Notes: generated by a model from the letters alone, not told the origin. A DNA stretch of 60,297 nucleotides from an uncultured Eubacteriales bacterium (GCA_948512295.1 CAOQRA010000003.1:1-60297), one strand, 5' to 3'. Positions 26,506 to 35,115 are shown, counted from the stretch's first letter. Program-made: numbers and translations.

Positions 26506-26534
26506 ATTATATTTGCGTAAGTTTCCACTTTCAA
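26506..26534 (-). promoter_or_regulatory. near-consensus sigma-A promoter of the capsid operon (TTGAAA-N17-TATAAT)
   Basis: Minus strand reads TTGAAA gtggaaacttacgcaaa TATAAT. The -10 ends 26 nt before the ATG at 26480. It is the only intergenic space upstream of the operon. Confidence 0.6.
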
Positions 26535-26559
26535 GTTTTACTGCCAAAAATTTTTAAAA

Positions 26560-26590
26560 TAAAAAACCACCAGAATACTGGTGGGTTTTA
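26560..26590 (-). terminator. intrinsic terminator after the Cys-rich gene
   Basis: Minus strand reads AAAACCCACCAG-TATT-CTGGTGGTTTTTT. Confidence 0.75.
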
Positions 26591-26593
26591 AAT

Positions 26594-26956
26594 TTAGCAG
26601 CATTTACGGCCAAACATACTTCCTGCAAGAAAGAATATTGCAGAGCTCGGAATACTAAAATTCATGCAGCCACAATTATTTGGTCGCTTGTTACAATCAC
26701 ATGGAGTGTGACAAGCTCTGTTGCATGGACGATGACACGGTCTGTCACATACGTTATGACAAGGACGTTCACATGGTCTAGCGTTATGACAAGGGCATGG
26801 ATTTTTGCAATCCCACTTATAATCACATGGATTTATTTGTGGTCTACAATTACAAGGACGTTCAGGTCTGAATCCGAAATCCCAGTCTTCTGGCCAATTA
26901 TTTTGACAGTTGTGCATATCAAAATAGTCGCCTGTTTTATAATTACAATTGTACAT
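26594..26956 (-). CDS. cysteine/histidine/proline-rich protein with a hydrophobic C-terminus (120 aa)
   Basis: 20 Cys in 120 aa. Iterated RPC(H/N/E) units (RPCERPCHNVCDRPCHRPCNRACHTPC), then SAIFFLAGSMFGRKCC. RBS AGGAGAAAAT. Confidence 0.7.
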   Translation of the reverse strand: MYNCNYKTGDYFDMHNCQNNWPEDWDFGFRPERPCNCRPQINPCDYKWDCKNPCPCHNARPCERPCHNVCDRPCHRPCNRACHTPCDCNKRPNNCGCMNFSIPSSAIFFLAGSMFGRKCC

Positions 26957-27006
26957 ATTTTCTCCTAATAATGAATTATATAACTCTATTTCTAATAGAA
27001 TATACT

Positions 27007-27999
27007 ATGAAAAAGTCCTTATACACCTTTTTAATCTTAGTGGGCACCGTAATAGGATCTGGCTTTTTAAGCGGAAAGGAAATTGTGGTTTTCTTTTCGC
27101 GTTTTGGTCTTTTATCCTATCCTTGCATAGTATTAGCCACCATACTATTCGCTGCACTTTTCTTTTTTTTGCTTTCCGCTGGCGAAAAGGCAGTAAAAAG
27201 ATTACAAAAATCAAAATATTCTAATTTGATTAACATAGTTATTTGCACAATACTTTCCTCTGCCATGTTTGCTGGCTGCTTTAATGTCTTAAACAAACTT
27301 GGTAGTTTTATCGCTTACCCCTTTTTGCTTATAATTGGATTTGCATGTTTTATAATTAATAGAAAAGGCTTAGGCTACCTTGAAAAAGCCAATTTAATCA
27401 TAGTGCCAATTATGGTTTTCATGCTGATAGCAAACGTGGCATCACAAGCAAAACTTGGCACTGAAACACATGTTTATTCCTACCTAGGCATTTATTACGC
27501 AGTCATGTATGTGATATTAAATACAGCAAGTTCAAGCGTGCTTCTTGCAAACTTAGGCGAAAGCTTATCGAAGAAACAAAAAGCACAAGTGAGCATATTA
27601 AGCGCACTCGTGCTTGGGGCAATTTTGCTGCTTGCAAATTTTGTGTTACTTCAAAATCCTTCAAACTTTAATGAGGAAATGCCGCTCATTTCGCTTTTCA
27701 GCGGATTACAAGGCGCGCTTATGCAATTAGTAATCTTATTTGGCTGCCTAACGACACTTTTTTCTGCCGTGTTCACACTTGGGCAATCTTTGAGAGGGCT
27801 GATTGGTGTCAAAAGTGCAAATGTGGCAAGTATACTCGCTCCGCTTATATTAAGCTTCTTAGGTTTTGGAAACATAGTTTCCATGCTATATCCGCTATCT
27901 AGCGTTTTGGGTATATTTTTGTTATTCGATTTATTTTTGGTGCCGTTTTTCAAGCAGACTTACAAGACCATACATTCCGCCCGCAATAACACAAAGTAA
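27007..27999 (+). CDS. YkvI-like polytopic membrane protein (transporter-like)
   Basis: MKKSLYTFLILVGTVIGSGFLSGKEIVVFF matches the recalled YkvI N-terminal G.GF.SG.EI signature. About 10 TM segments. The ORF-track start at 26971 is less likely. Confidence 0.6.
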   Translation: MKKSLYTFLILVGTVIGSGFLSGKEIVVFFSRFGLLSYPCIVLATILFAALFFFLLSAGEKAVKRLQKSKYSNLINIVICTILSSAMFAGCFNVLNKLGSFIAYPFLLIIGFACFIINRKGLGYLEKANLIIVPIMVFMLIANVASQAKLGTETHVYSYLGIYYAVMYVILNTASSSVLLANLGESLSKKQKAQVSILSALVLGAILLLANFVLLQNPSNFNEEMPLISLFSGLQGALMQLVILFGCLTTLFSAVFTLGQSLRGLIGVKSANVASILAPLILSFLGFGNIVSMLYPLSSVLGIFLLFDLFLVPFFKQTYKTIHSARNNTK

Positions 28000-28776
28000 T
28001 ACAATGCTAGTCATTACAATGTCAAGTTTGAGCATTTGACTGCCATAGTTTATGAGGTAACCAAGGCCTGCCCTGCTTGAAAGATATTCGCCCATAACGG
28101 TGCCGACCCAGCTCATACCAACATTAATTTTAAGCACTGAAACAAATTCTGGCATTGCGTTAGGAATAACAAGCTTATAAAGAATTTGAAACTTATTAGC
28201 CCGCATAGATTTCATAAGCAGCACTTTATCCTTATCACAAGAAATAAAAGCATTCAGCATAGAAATTATGGTAATGACAATGCATATAAGCACACTCATT
28301 ACAATCGTTGCACCTGTACCTGAGCCCACCCAGAAGATAATCATAGGTCCAAGCGCAATTTTAGGTAGACTATTAAGGATAATAAGATAAGGTTCCATAA
28401 TTTTCCGAAGCTTCTCACTCCACCAAAGCGCAATAGCAATAAGCATACCAAGGACAATCGCAATAATAAACCCTAATATAGTTTCATAAAGTGAAGTCCA
28501 GATATGCAATATAAGATTGCCACTGGCAAAAAGGTCGACAAGCGTAACCGCTATACGAGATGGACTGGAAAAGAAGAACGGATCAAGCACCCCCACGCTT
28601 GCAAACAGTTCCCATAGCCCGAGAAGAATTGCAAAAAGTGCAATTCGCCAGAAAATGACAATAATTTTATCTTTTCTCAGCTTTTTTAGGTATTTTTCAT
28701 GGGCTTTTGATAATTTGTTCACTTGTAAGGTTTCTCCATATATTTTCAAAATGCTTACCAAAGTCACTTGCTTCAC
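27931..28776 (-). CDS. ABC transporter permease, NitT/TauT (SsuC-like) family
   Basis: Six TM segments with an EAA-like loop. Directly downstream of the matching ATPase. The start may be the internal GTG at 28722. Confidence 0.8.
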   Translation of the reverse strand: MKQVTLVSILKIYGETLQVNKLSKAHEKYLKKLRKDKIIVIFWRIALFAILLGLWELFASVGVLDPFFFSSPSRIAVTLVDLFASGNLILHIWTSLYETILGFIIAIVLGMLIAIALWWSEKLRKIMEPYLIILNSLPKIALGPMIIFWVGSGTGATIVMSVLICIVITIISMLNAFISCDKDKVLLMKSMRANKFQILYKLVIPNAMPEFVSVLKINVGMSWVGTVMGEYLSSRAGLGYLINYGSQMLKLDIVMTSIVLLCVIAGGMYGLVSLLEKRHQK

Positions 28777-29476
28777 GCTTTTTTAGAGGAGTGTCACCTT
28801 CAAGGTCTAAATCCAAACATTCTTTTAAAGAAGCTGGTCGTCCTGAAAGTATTATCACCCTATCCGACATGGAAATTGCTTCCGATATATCATGCGTGAC
28901 AAGCAGCGCAGTTTTCTGTTCACCTTTTATCATGTCATAAACATCATCACACACTTTAAGACGTGTTTGAAAATCTAATGCCGAAAAAGGCTCGTCTAAA
29001 AGTAACAGGCTAGGTTCTAAAACTAACGTTCGTATAAGCGCAACTCTTTGGCGCATTCCGCCACTAAGCTGGGTAGGCTTTTTGTCTTTAAAATTGTAGA
29101 GGTCATATTTTTTTAATAAATCCTCTGCTAAAGCAAGCTTTTGTGCGTCTTTATTTTTCTTTTGTAATTCAAGCCCCAGCGTAATGTTTTGCCAAATAGT
29201 TCTCCAGTCGAATAAATGATCACGTTGAAACATATACCCTATTCGAGAATCATTTTTAGCTATGGGCTTTCCGTCAAGCAGAATTTGCCCCTCGCTAGGC
29301 TCAAGCAGCCCCGCCGTAAGCGATAAAATAGTCGTTTTACCGCAGCCAGAAGGGCCTACAATAGACGCAAAAGCTTTTTCATTTACACTAAAACAAAGTT
29401 TGTTAAGTGCATGAATTTCGCTTTCTTTAGTTTGGTAAAAGTAAGTTACATCTTTAAATTGTAAAAACTCTTGCAT
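28697..29476 (-). CDS. ABC transporter ATP-binding protein, NitT/TauT family
   Basis: Walker A GPSGCGKTT, signature LSGGMRQR, Walker B LLLDEPFSALD. Confidence 0.9.
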   Translation of the reverse strand: MQEFLQFKDVTYFYQTKESEIHALNKLCFSVNEKAFASIVGPSGCGKTTILSLTAGLLEPSEGQILLDGKPIAKNDSRIGYMFQRDHLFDWRTIWQNITLGLELQKKNKDAQKLALAEDLLKKYDLYNFKDKKPTQLSGGMRQRVALIRTLVLEPSLLLLDEPFSALDFQTRLKVCDDVYDMIKGEQKTALLVTHDISEAISMSDRVIILSGRPASLKECLDLDLEGDTPLKKREASDFGKHFENIWRNLTSEQIIKSP

Positions 29477-29574
29477 TTAATTTCACCTCTACAATACCAT
29501 TGTAGTTTAAAAGTGCAAATGTGTGCATATTTGCATAAAAATTAGAGAGAAGAAAACGAAAAAGCAAAAAAATG

Positions 29575-29684
29575 GTGTGCCTTACGCTCCGCCAGCAAAC
29601 CGCTCTTTTGCAAAGAAATTAAGTTGTAGGCACGTGCTTGTCTGACGGAGCGAAGCGACGCCACTTGTATAATATCAAGCACAC
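29575..29684 (-). repeat. GC-rich long inverted repeat followed by a U-tract (minus strand) in the ABC operon leader
   Basis: Outer stem GTGTGC/GCACAC, inner stem CGCTCCGTCAG/CTGGCGGAGCG, then CATTTTTTTGCTTTTT on the minus strand. Confidence 0.5.
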
Positions 29685-29712
29685 TCCTAAATGCCAAGTT
29701 ATAAAATTTATA

Positions 29713-29741
29713 TTGACAAACAGATTTAATTAAGATATAAT
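29713..29741 (+). promoter_or_regulatory. consensus sigma-A promoter (TTGACA-N17-TATAAT)
   Basis: TTGACA aacagatttaattaaga TATAAT, 20 nt upstream of the ATG at 29762, with AAGGAAG as RBS. Confidence 0.7.
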
Positions 29742-29761
29742 AATTTTAAGGAAGAATTTAA

Positions 29762-30499
29762 ATGGATTATTATGAATCTGCTGAACAAAGATTAAAAGAA
29801 ATACAAAAATTCAGAGCCAATGGTGTTAATAAATCTTATGATGTTGAAGAAACTGATTTGATAAAAAGTTTAAAAAAAATAGATGGATTTGACGATGATT
29901 ATCCATGGTGGGATTTTATATACAATATTAGTTTAAATGAGGCAAAAGTTGAACAATTAAACAATCTCGCAAGAAAAATTAAACCAATACAGAGAAAATT
30001 CGTGTGCGATCCCGAATATAGTTGCGGCATGTTTTGTGATGAATATGCTATTATGCATGGGGGTGAGGCATTTTATATTGATTTCGCCAACAGCGACAAA
30101 GGTATTTTTACCATGATGAATGATCATACATCCCCAACCCATTATATCCATAAAATACCAAAATTAGAAAAAATTGCACGAATTTATGTTAGAGGTTCTA
30201 TAAATGATCACGGATGTCTTGATATTTCTATTGCACAGATTCTATTAGGCATTCCCAAAGAATATTTGAAAGATGCGAATTGTTATGAATTTGCAGGTAC
30301 TGGCGTAAAGCAAAAATCGTACCATATCGCATGGGTTGATTTGTTTAAATTGGCGCCTGGCGAAAAAGAACCAGAGATTGTGACAGAATATTATCAAAAA
30401 AAATATTTCCCAACAAAAATTAATTTGGAACATTGTGAAGAGAGTGAATTAAGTGAATTGTTACTACCTTACGCAGAAGAGCTTTTTGAGGAGTGTTAA
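29762..30499 (+). CDS. hypothetical protein (245 aa)
   Basis: Monocistronic, with its own consensus promoter and terminator. No motif recognised. Confidence 0.6.
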   Translation: MDYYESAEQRLKEIQKFRANGVNKSYDVEETDLIKSLKKIDGFDDDYPWWDFIYNISLNEAKVEQLNNLARKIKPIQRKFVCDPEYSCGMFCDEYAIMHGGEAFYIDFANSDKGIFTMMNDHTSPTHYIHKIPKLEKIARIYVRGSINDHGCLDISIAQILLGIPKEYLKDANCYEFAGTGVKQKSYHIAWVDLFKLAPGEKEPEIVTEYYQKKYFPTKINLEHCEESELSELLLPYAEELFEEC

Positions 30500-30528
30500 A
30501 AATCATGTCAAGTATGACATGATTTTTT
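30498..30528 (+). terminator. intrinsic terminator
   Basis: AAAATCATGTCA-AGTA-TGACATGATTTTTT directly after the stop codon. Confidence 0.75.
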
Positions 30529-30614
30529 CACTAGTTTCAAAGTTTTTAGCCCTTAAGTTCCGCTATTTATTTGTAATAATAATCTATATTAAATATTTTA
30601 TTAGTAATTAACTA

Positions 30615-32372
30615 TTATAATTGTTCATACTCAGCTACAAAAGCTTTGATTAAAGCAAAGGCGTTGTCGTATGTTTTTTCATCTTCAAGGTCACAGCCCG
30701 TTTCTTTTAATATAGTCAAGTTGTCCTTGCTGCTGCCAGAAGAAAGAAATTTCATATAGTCTTCAAGAGCCCCCTTTTCCCCTGCCAAAATTCGGCTTGA
30801 ATAGTTAAGAGCACAAATCATACCCGTGGCATATTTGTAAACATAGAAATTATAGAAGAAGTGTGGTATGCGCGCCCACTCATATTTAAGCTCTGCTGGC
30901 AAAGTTAAAGCAGGCATATATTTTTTACAAAGGTCAAAATATTTTCCGTTTAATTTATCTTTATCCAATGGGATATCTTTCTCCACCTGCTCAATAGCAT
31001 ACTTTTCAAATTCCGAAAACATTGTTTGACGGAAGATGGTAGATTGCACTCCGACAAGGAAATCATCCAAAATGTACAATCTTTCCTTTGGCAAAGTTTT
31101 TAACAAATACTGTGACAAAAGCGCCTCATTTGTAGTGCTGGCAATTTCAGCAAGAAAAATCGGCGTTCCGCTTTTTTGTCTTGGTTGGGCATTGCAAGCA
31201 AGATATGAGTGCATAGCGTGTCCAAGTTCGTGAGCAAGCGTTGACACTGAATTAAGGGTTTCATCAAAATTCATCAGTACGATTGGCGGATAGCCGTAAG
31301 TGGCGGTTTCATAGGCGCCACTACGTTTGTTTTCGTTTGGCATTACATCAATGCGGCGTGAAGTCATAGCATTGTTAAGCTCTTCGACATACTCCTCGCC
31401 AAGCACACTCATCGCGTTTTTAACAAGCTCGCACGCTTCACTATAGCTAAACTTCTTAGCGCTTTTAGCAACTGGGACATAAAGGTCGTAACTATGAAGT
31501 TTGCTCATGCCAAGCTTTTTCTTACGTGCATTGAAAAAACGGTTGATAAGTGGAATATTTTCATGTACCTTTTTAATCAAAAGCTCATAAACTTTATAAC
31601 TTGCATTAAGTCCGTCAAAAATGCTGTCAAAGTAGCATTTGTACTTGTGAAGTTTGTTAAAATAAACTGTAGCCTTGATATTGTTTTTATAGTTTTCTGT
31701 CAAAAACTCGATAAATTGCCCGTAGCCCTTAAATATGTTTAGATATGCAGATTTGCGCAAAGCTTCATCTTTGCTTTCAAGAAGTTTCATGCGAGTGCCT
31801 TCGTTAAGTTCATACTTTTTGCCCTTGCTATCAACCGCATCCTCAAATTTGAGCCCCGCATCACTAAACTGTGAGAAAGTATTATGAAAGTCTAAAAAGT
31901 CCATACCTGAAACCGCTTTTGATAATTCATGCGACAATGCGTGTTTTTTGTTGCGTTTGATAGCTTTAAACATATTGTCATAATCTTTAAATGTGGGGTC
32001 AACAATAAGTTCATCAAGATATGCGTTTGAAAAATGCGCCATTTCTGGACCTTGATAAGCGGTTTTTATATCATAATTTCGAAGCAAAATATTACAACGC
32101 TCCTCATAATTTTGCATTTTGGTGTCTTTCAAATCAACGTCTGTCATGTGAGAAGCAAAATACAAAATTGGATAAAATTCTTTGCAAAACTCCTCTTCTT
32201 CATCAAGCCTTTCTTTTAAAACTTTTTTATCCTTTAGCTTTCCCTTAAATCTGTCTGACTTCTCAACTATTTTTGAAGCAGCTGAAAACCGCTTTTCAAA
32301 CTCCGCATCATCTTTACATAAAAAAGATAAGTCCCATTTGTATTTTTCTTCAATTTCGCTACGTTTTTTCAT
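30615..32372 (-). CDS. pepF: oligoendopeptidase F (M3B)
   Basis: 585 aa with the HELGHAMH zinc motif. The length and N-terminal KYKWDLS pattern are typical of PepF. Confidence 0.88.
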   Translation of the reverse strand: MKKRSEIEEKYKWDLSFLCKDDAEFEKRFSAASKIVEKSDRFKGKLKDKKVLKERLDEEEEFCKEFYPILYFASHMTDVDLKDTKMQNYEERCNILLRNYDIKTAYQGPEMAHFSNAYLDELIVDPTFKDYDNMFKAIKRNKKHALSHELSKAVSGMDFLDFHNTFSQFSDAGLKFEDAVDSKGKKYELNEGTRMKLLESKDEALRKSAYLNIFKGYGQFIEFLTENYKNNIKATVYFNKLHKYKCYFDSIFDGLNASYKVYELLIKKVHENIPLINRFFNARKKKLGMSKLHSYDLYVPVAKSAKKFSYSEACELVKNAMSVLGEEYVEELNNAMTSRRIDVMPNENKRSGAYETATYGYPPIVLMNFDETLNSVSTLAHELGHAMHSYLACNAQPRQKSGTPIFLAEIASTTNEALLSQYLLKTLPKERLYILDDFLVGVQSTIFRQTMFSEFEKYAIEQVEKDIPLDKDKLNGKYFDLCKKYMPALTLPAELKYEWARIPHFFYNFYVYKYATGMICALNYSSRILAGEKGALEDYMKFLSSGSSKDNLTILKETGCDLEDEKTYDNAFALIKAFVAEYEQL

Positions 32373-32374
32373 GA

Positions 32375-33073
32375 CTACCTCACAAAATATTTTTCCATAT
32401 AAAATTTATTCCAAGGAGCTTTGCTTAAATCTGGCGGACACGAGAATACCATTTTAGTCTTGTTCACTGGGTGAGTAAACTCAAGTTTTCCTGCCCATAA
32501 GCCAAGATTTTTGCTTGCCCGAACTTTCTCTTTGCCATATTTATTGTCGCCATAAAGCGGGCAACCTATTCCAGCCATTTGAACGCGAATTTGATGGCTG
32601 CGCCCTGTGACAATTTTGACCTCCAAAAGACTGAGTTCTTCCGTAAAGGCAAGCACTTTATAACTAAGCTCTGCGCGCTTTACCCCAGCCTCACTCTGCG
32701 GAACGATTTTAACAATATTCTCTTTTTCATCTTTTTTAAGAAAGTTTATAAGAGTGCCACTCTTCTCTTTTGGCACACCTTGACACACCGCATAATACGT
32801 CTTTTTCATGCTGTCATTTTGAAGCTGCGCCGAAAGCCTTGCTGCCGACTTTGAGTTTCTAGCAAACACCATAAGCCCGCCAGTCGGCCTATCAAGTCTA
32901 TGCACAAGCCCAATAAACGCCTCACCAGGCTTTTGATACTTATCTTTTATATATTCTTTAACTTGAGTTAATAAATCAAGGTCGCCACTTTCATCTGCTT
33001 GTGACGGCACATTTTGCGGTTTAATCACCACCACAACTTGATTATCTTCATATAGTACATTTAAGTTTTGCAT
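32375..33073 (-). CDS. RluA-family pseudouridine synthase
   Basis: Catalytic-Asp motif HRLDRPTGGLMVFARN. 232 aa. Confidence 0.85.
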   Translation of the reverse strand: MQNLNVLYEDNQVVVVIKPQNVPSQADESGDLDLLTQVKEYIKDKYQKPGEAFIGLVHRLDRPTGGLMVFARNSKSAARLSAQLQNDSMKKTYYAVCQGVPKEKSGTLINFLKKDEKENIVKIVPQSEAGVKRAELSYKVLAFTEELSLLEVKIVTGRSHQIRVQMAGIGCPLYGDNKYGKEKVRASKNLGLWAGKLEFTHPVNKTKMVFSCPPDLSKAPWNKFYMEKYFVR

Positions 33074-33079
33074 TTTACC

Positions 33080-33721
33080 TCACTTTTTTGTTGCCAAAAT
33101 AAACATTAAGCCATAGGCATAAATAGTAGCATTTTCATTATTAGTAACTGTCTCACATTTGTCTATTTCAAAACCAGCTTCTTTTAAAAGACTTGTTACT
33201 TTTTCTGGTTTCATATAGTTGTAATAAACTTTCAAATTCTCATCAAACTCTTCAGCTAAAATTTGTTCACCCTCTTGTTTTGGAATCTCCATAAGAATGC
33301 AAATTTTTCCATCTATTTCAAGCCAGTCGTTGAGTTTTATAAACAGCTTTTTAATATCATTTTCTGGCACATGAAATAGCACATTTTTAATAAAAATTCC
33401 GTCATACTTCTTCGTCGTATCAAAATCGCAAAAATCATAATGTATAAAATTTATATACGGATAGTTTCTCTTAGCGTATTCAAGCAAATTACTTGAAAAG
33501 TCAATCCCCTCTGAAAAGTATCCATTTTCATGAAAATAGTTTGCAAACACGCCTTGCCCACATCCCAAATCTAAAATGCTTTTGCGTTTCAAATTTTTCA
33601 TAAACTCGTTTACATAAGGAAGATAAAAATCCAGTTCTGAGCAGTTTTTGATATAAACATCCGAAATCGCATCATAATCTTTCCGCACCATTTCACGCTT
33701 TTGCTTGTTTGTTAGTTTCAT
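33080..33721 (-). CDS. class I SAM-dependent methyltransferase
   Basis: Motif I ILDLGCGQG. 213 aa. Confidence 0.75.
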   Translation of the reverse strand: MKLTNKQKREMVRKDYDAISDVYIKNCSELDFYLPYVNEFMKNLKRKSILDLGCGQGVFANYFHENGYFSEGIDFSSNLLEYAKRNYPYINFIHYDFCDFDTTKKYDGIFIKNVLFHVPENDIKKLFIKLNDWLEIDGKICILMEIPKQEGEQILAEEFDENLKVYYNYMKPEKVTSLLKEAGFEIDKCETVTNNENATIYAYGLMFILATKK

Positions 33722-33737
33722 ATCTTCTCCAGTCTTT

Positions 33738-34580
33738 TTAAAACACTTTCAGTCCACGTGCACCACACGGAAGCACAATTTTTTCACGCGTTGGCAAGCC
33801 GACCTCGTCGGCATCTATTCCGCCCTCGCCAAAGGCAAGAGTTAGAATATTTTTTAGCACGCTCGCCTGCAAACCCGTTGTATAGGAATTAATCAGCACG
33901 AACAGCGGGTTATCAGACAGTATTTTCTTCGTCTGCAAAACAAAGTCATACAGCTTGTCCTCAAGTTTCCACATTTCACCATTTGGACCTCTGCCATAAC
34001 TCGGCGGATCCATGATAATTGCGTCATACTTATTCCCACGGCGAATTTCACGTTCAATAAACTTTTCGCAGTCGTCCACAATAAATCGGATATTGTTTAT
34101 GCCGTTAAGTCGACCATTTTCTTTAGCGCGCTCTACCATACCTTTGCTTGCATCAATATGAGTGACGCTAGCGCCCACACTTGCGCATGCGACGCTCGCC
34201 CCGCCAGTGTAAGCAAAAAGGTTCAAGATTTTTATTTCGCGTTTTGCATTTTTAATAAGCCTCATCATCTCCTCCCAGTTTGCTGCCTGCTCTGGGAAAA
34301 GCCCCGTGTGCTTAAATCCCATAGGTTTGATGATAAACTTTAAACTTTTCCAACTTATTGTCCATGCCTCTGGCACTTTGCCAAGGTTCTGCCAGTGCCC
34401 GCCACCGTTTTCACGGATATAATGAGCGTTTAAGCCTTTAAATTTTGCAAGGGGCGACTTCGCATGCCAAATAACCTGTGGGTCTGGACGAAGTAGTGTC
34501 ACATCACCCCAACGCTCTAATTTTTCACCATCGCCAGTGGCAAGCACTTCGTAATCTTTCCATGAATTTGCAAGTTTCAT
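33738..34580 (-). CDS. SAM-dependent methyltransferase (RlmI/PF10672-like fold)
   Basis: NLFAYTGGASVA and IIMDPPSYGRG motifs, typical of this RNA methyltransferase group. Confidence 0.7.
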   Translation of the reverse strand: MKLANSWKDYEVLATGDGEKLERWGDVTLLRPDPQVIWHAKSPLAKFKGLNAHYIRENGGGHWQNLGKVPEAWTISWKSLKFIIKPMGFKHTGLFPEQAANWEEMMRLIKNAKREIKILNLFAYTGGASVACASVGASVTHIDASKGMVERAKENGRLNGINNIRFIVDDCEKFIEREIRRGNKYDAIIMDPPSYGRGPNGEMWKLEDKLYDFVLQTKKILSDNPLFVLINSYTTGLQASVLKNILTLAFGEGGIDADEVGLPTREKIVLPCGARGLKVF

Positions 34581-34636
34581 AATTACTCCTGACTAAATTT
34601 TATCAAATATTGTACAATTAAGCAACAAAAAACAAA

Positions 34637-34661
34637 TAAAAACAGCATAATGCTGTTTTTA
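34637..34661 (-). terminator. weak intrinsic terminator
   Basis: AAAAACAGCA-TAA-TGCTGTTTTT just beyond the stop at 34676. Confidence 0.5.
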
Positions 34662-34675
34662 TTGTCGTTCTGCCA

Positions 34676-35017
34676 TTAATTGCTTGCTTCTCCATTATCT
34701 TCTTTTGGCATAATTTCATATATCCCTCCTACTTTAAGGACTCTATCCATAGCCTCAGAAACTTCTTCGATTGTAATTCTAATTCCACACTGACGAGCTT
34801 TTTTATATCTGCCCAACAAAAAGCCAAAAATGTCTTCTGATGGCAAAGCATCTACAAGATTAAAGGAAACTTTATTTAACTCGTTAAATAAAAGTTTTTC
34901 ATCAATTTCGTTTCTTATTGCTGGCAAGTTTTCAGCAGTCCCGATATCTCCTAATACTTTTACCGACAAAGTTTTTTCATTCTCATTAAGTTGCATTGTA
35001 ACGCTAAAATTTTCCAT
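34676..35017 (-). CDS. hypothetical small protein, possibly STAS-like (113 aa from ATG 35017)
   Basis: Start moved to MENFSV..., preceded by GGGAGAGGG. The fold assignment is a guess from its alpha/beta pattern. Confidence 0.4.
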   Translation of the reverse strand: MENFSVTMQLNENEKTLSVKVLGDIGTAENLPAIRNEIDEKLLFNELNKVSFNLVDALPSEDIFGFLLGRYKKARQCGIRITIEEVSEAMDRVLKVGGIYEIMPKEDNGEASN

Positions 35018-35115
35018 ACCCTCTCCCTGTATTTTATATTTTACCAAAAAACTAACAATTTATCAACACTTATACAAAAAAGTCATCTAAGTTGCACTTT
35101 TTTATAATAAAATCG

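Noticed and set aside
19262-26590. Search for attachment-site direct repeats or an integrase flanking the phage-derived module.
   Set aside because: No integrase or recombinase ORF was seen, and no direct repeat at the two borders could be spotted by eye. The borders coincide with ordinary terminators. Absence by eye is not proof, so this needs a computational repeat search.
29477-29712. TPP (THI-box) riboswitch in front of the NitT/TauT-type ABC operon.
   Set aside because: Conserved THI-box cores (CTGAGA and ACCTGATCTGGATAATGCCAGCG-like) are absent on the relevant strand.
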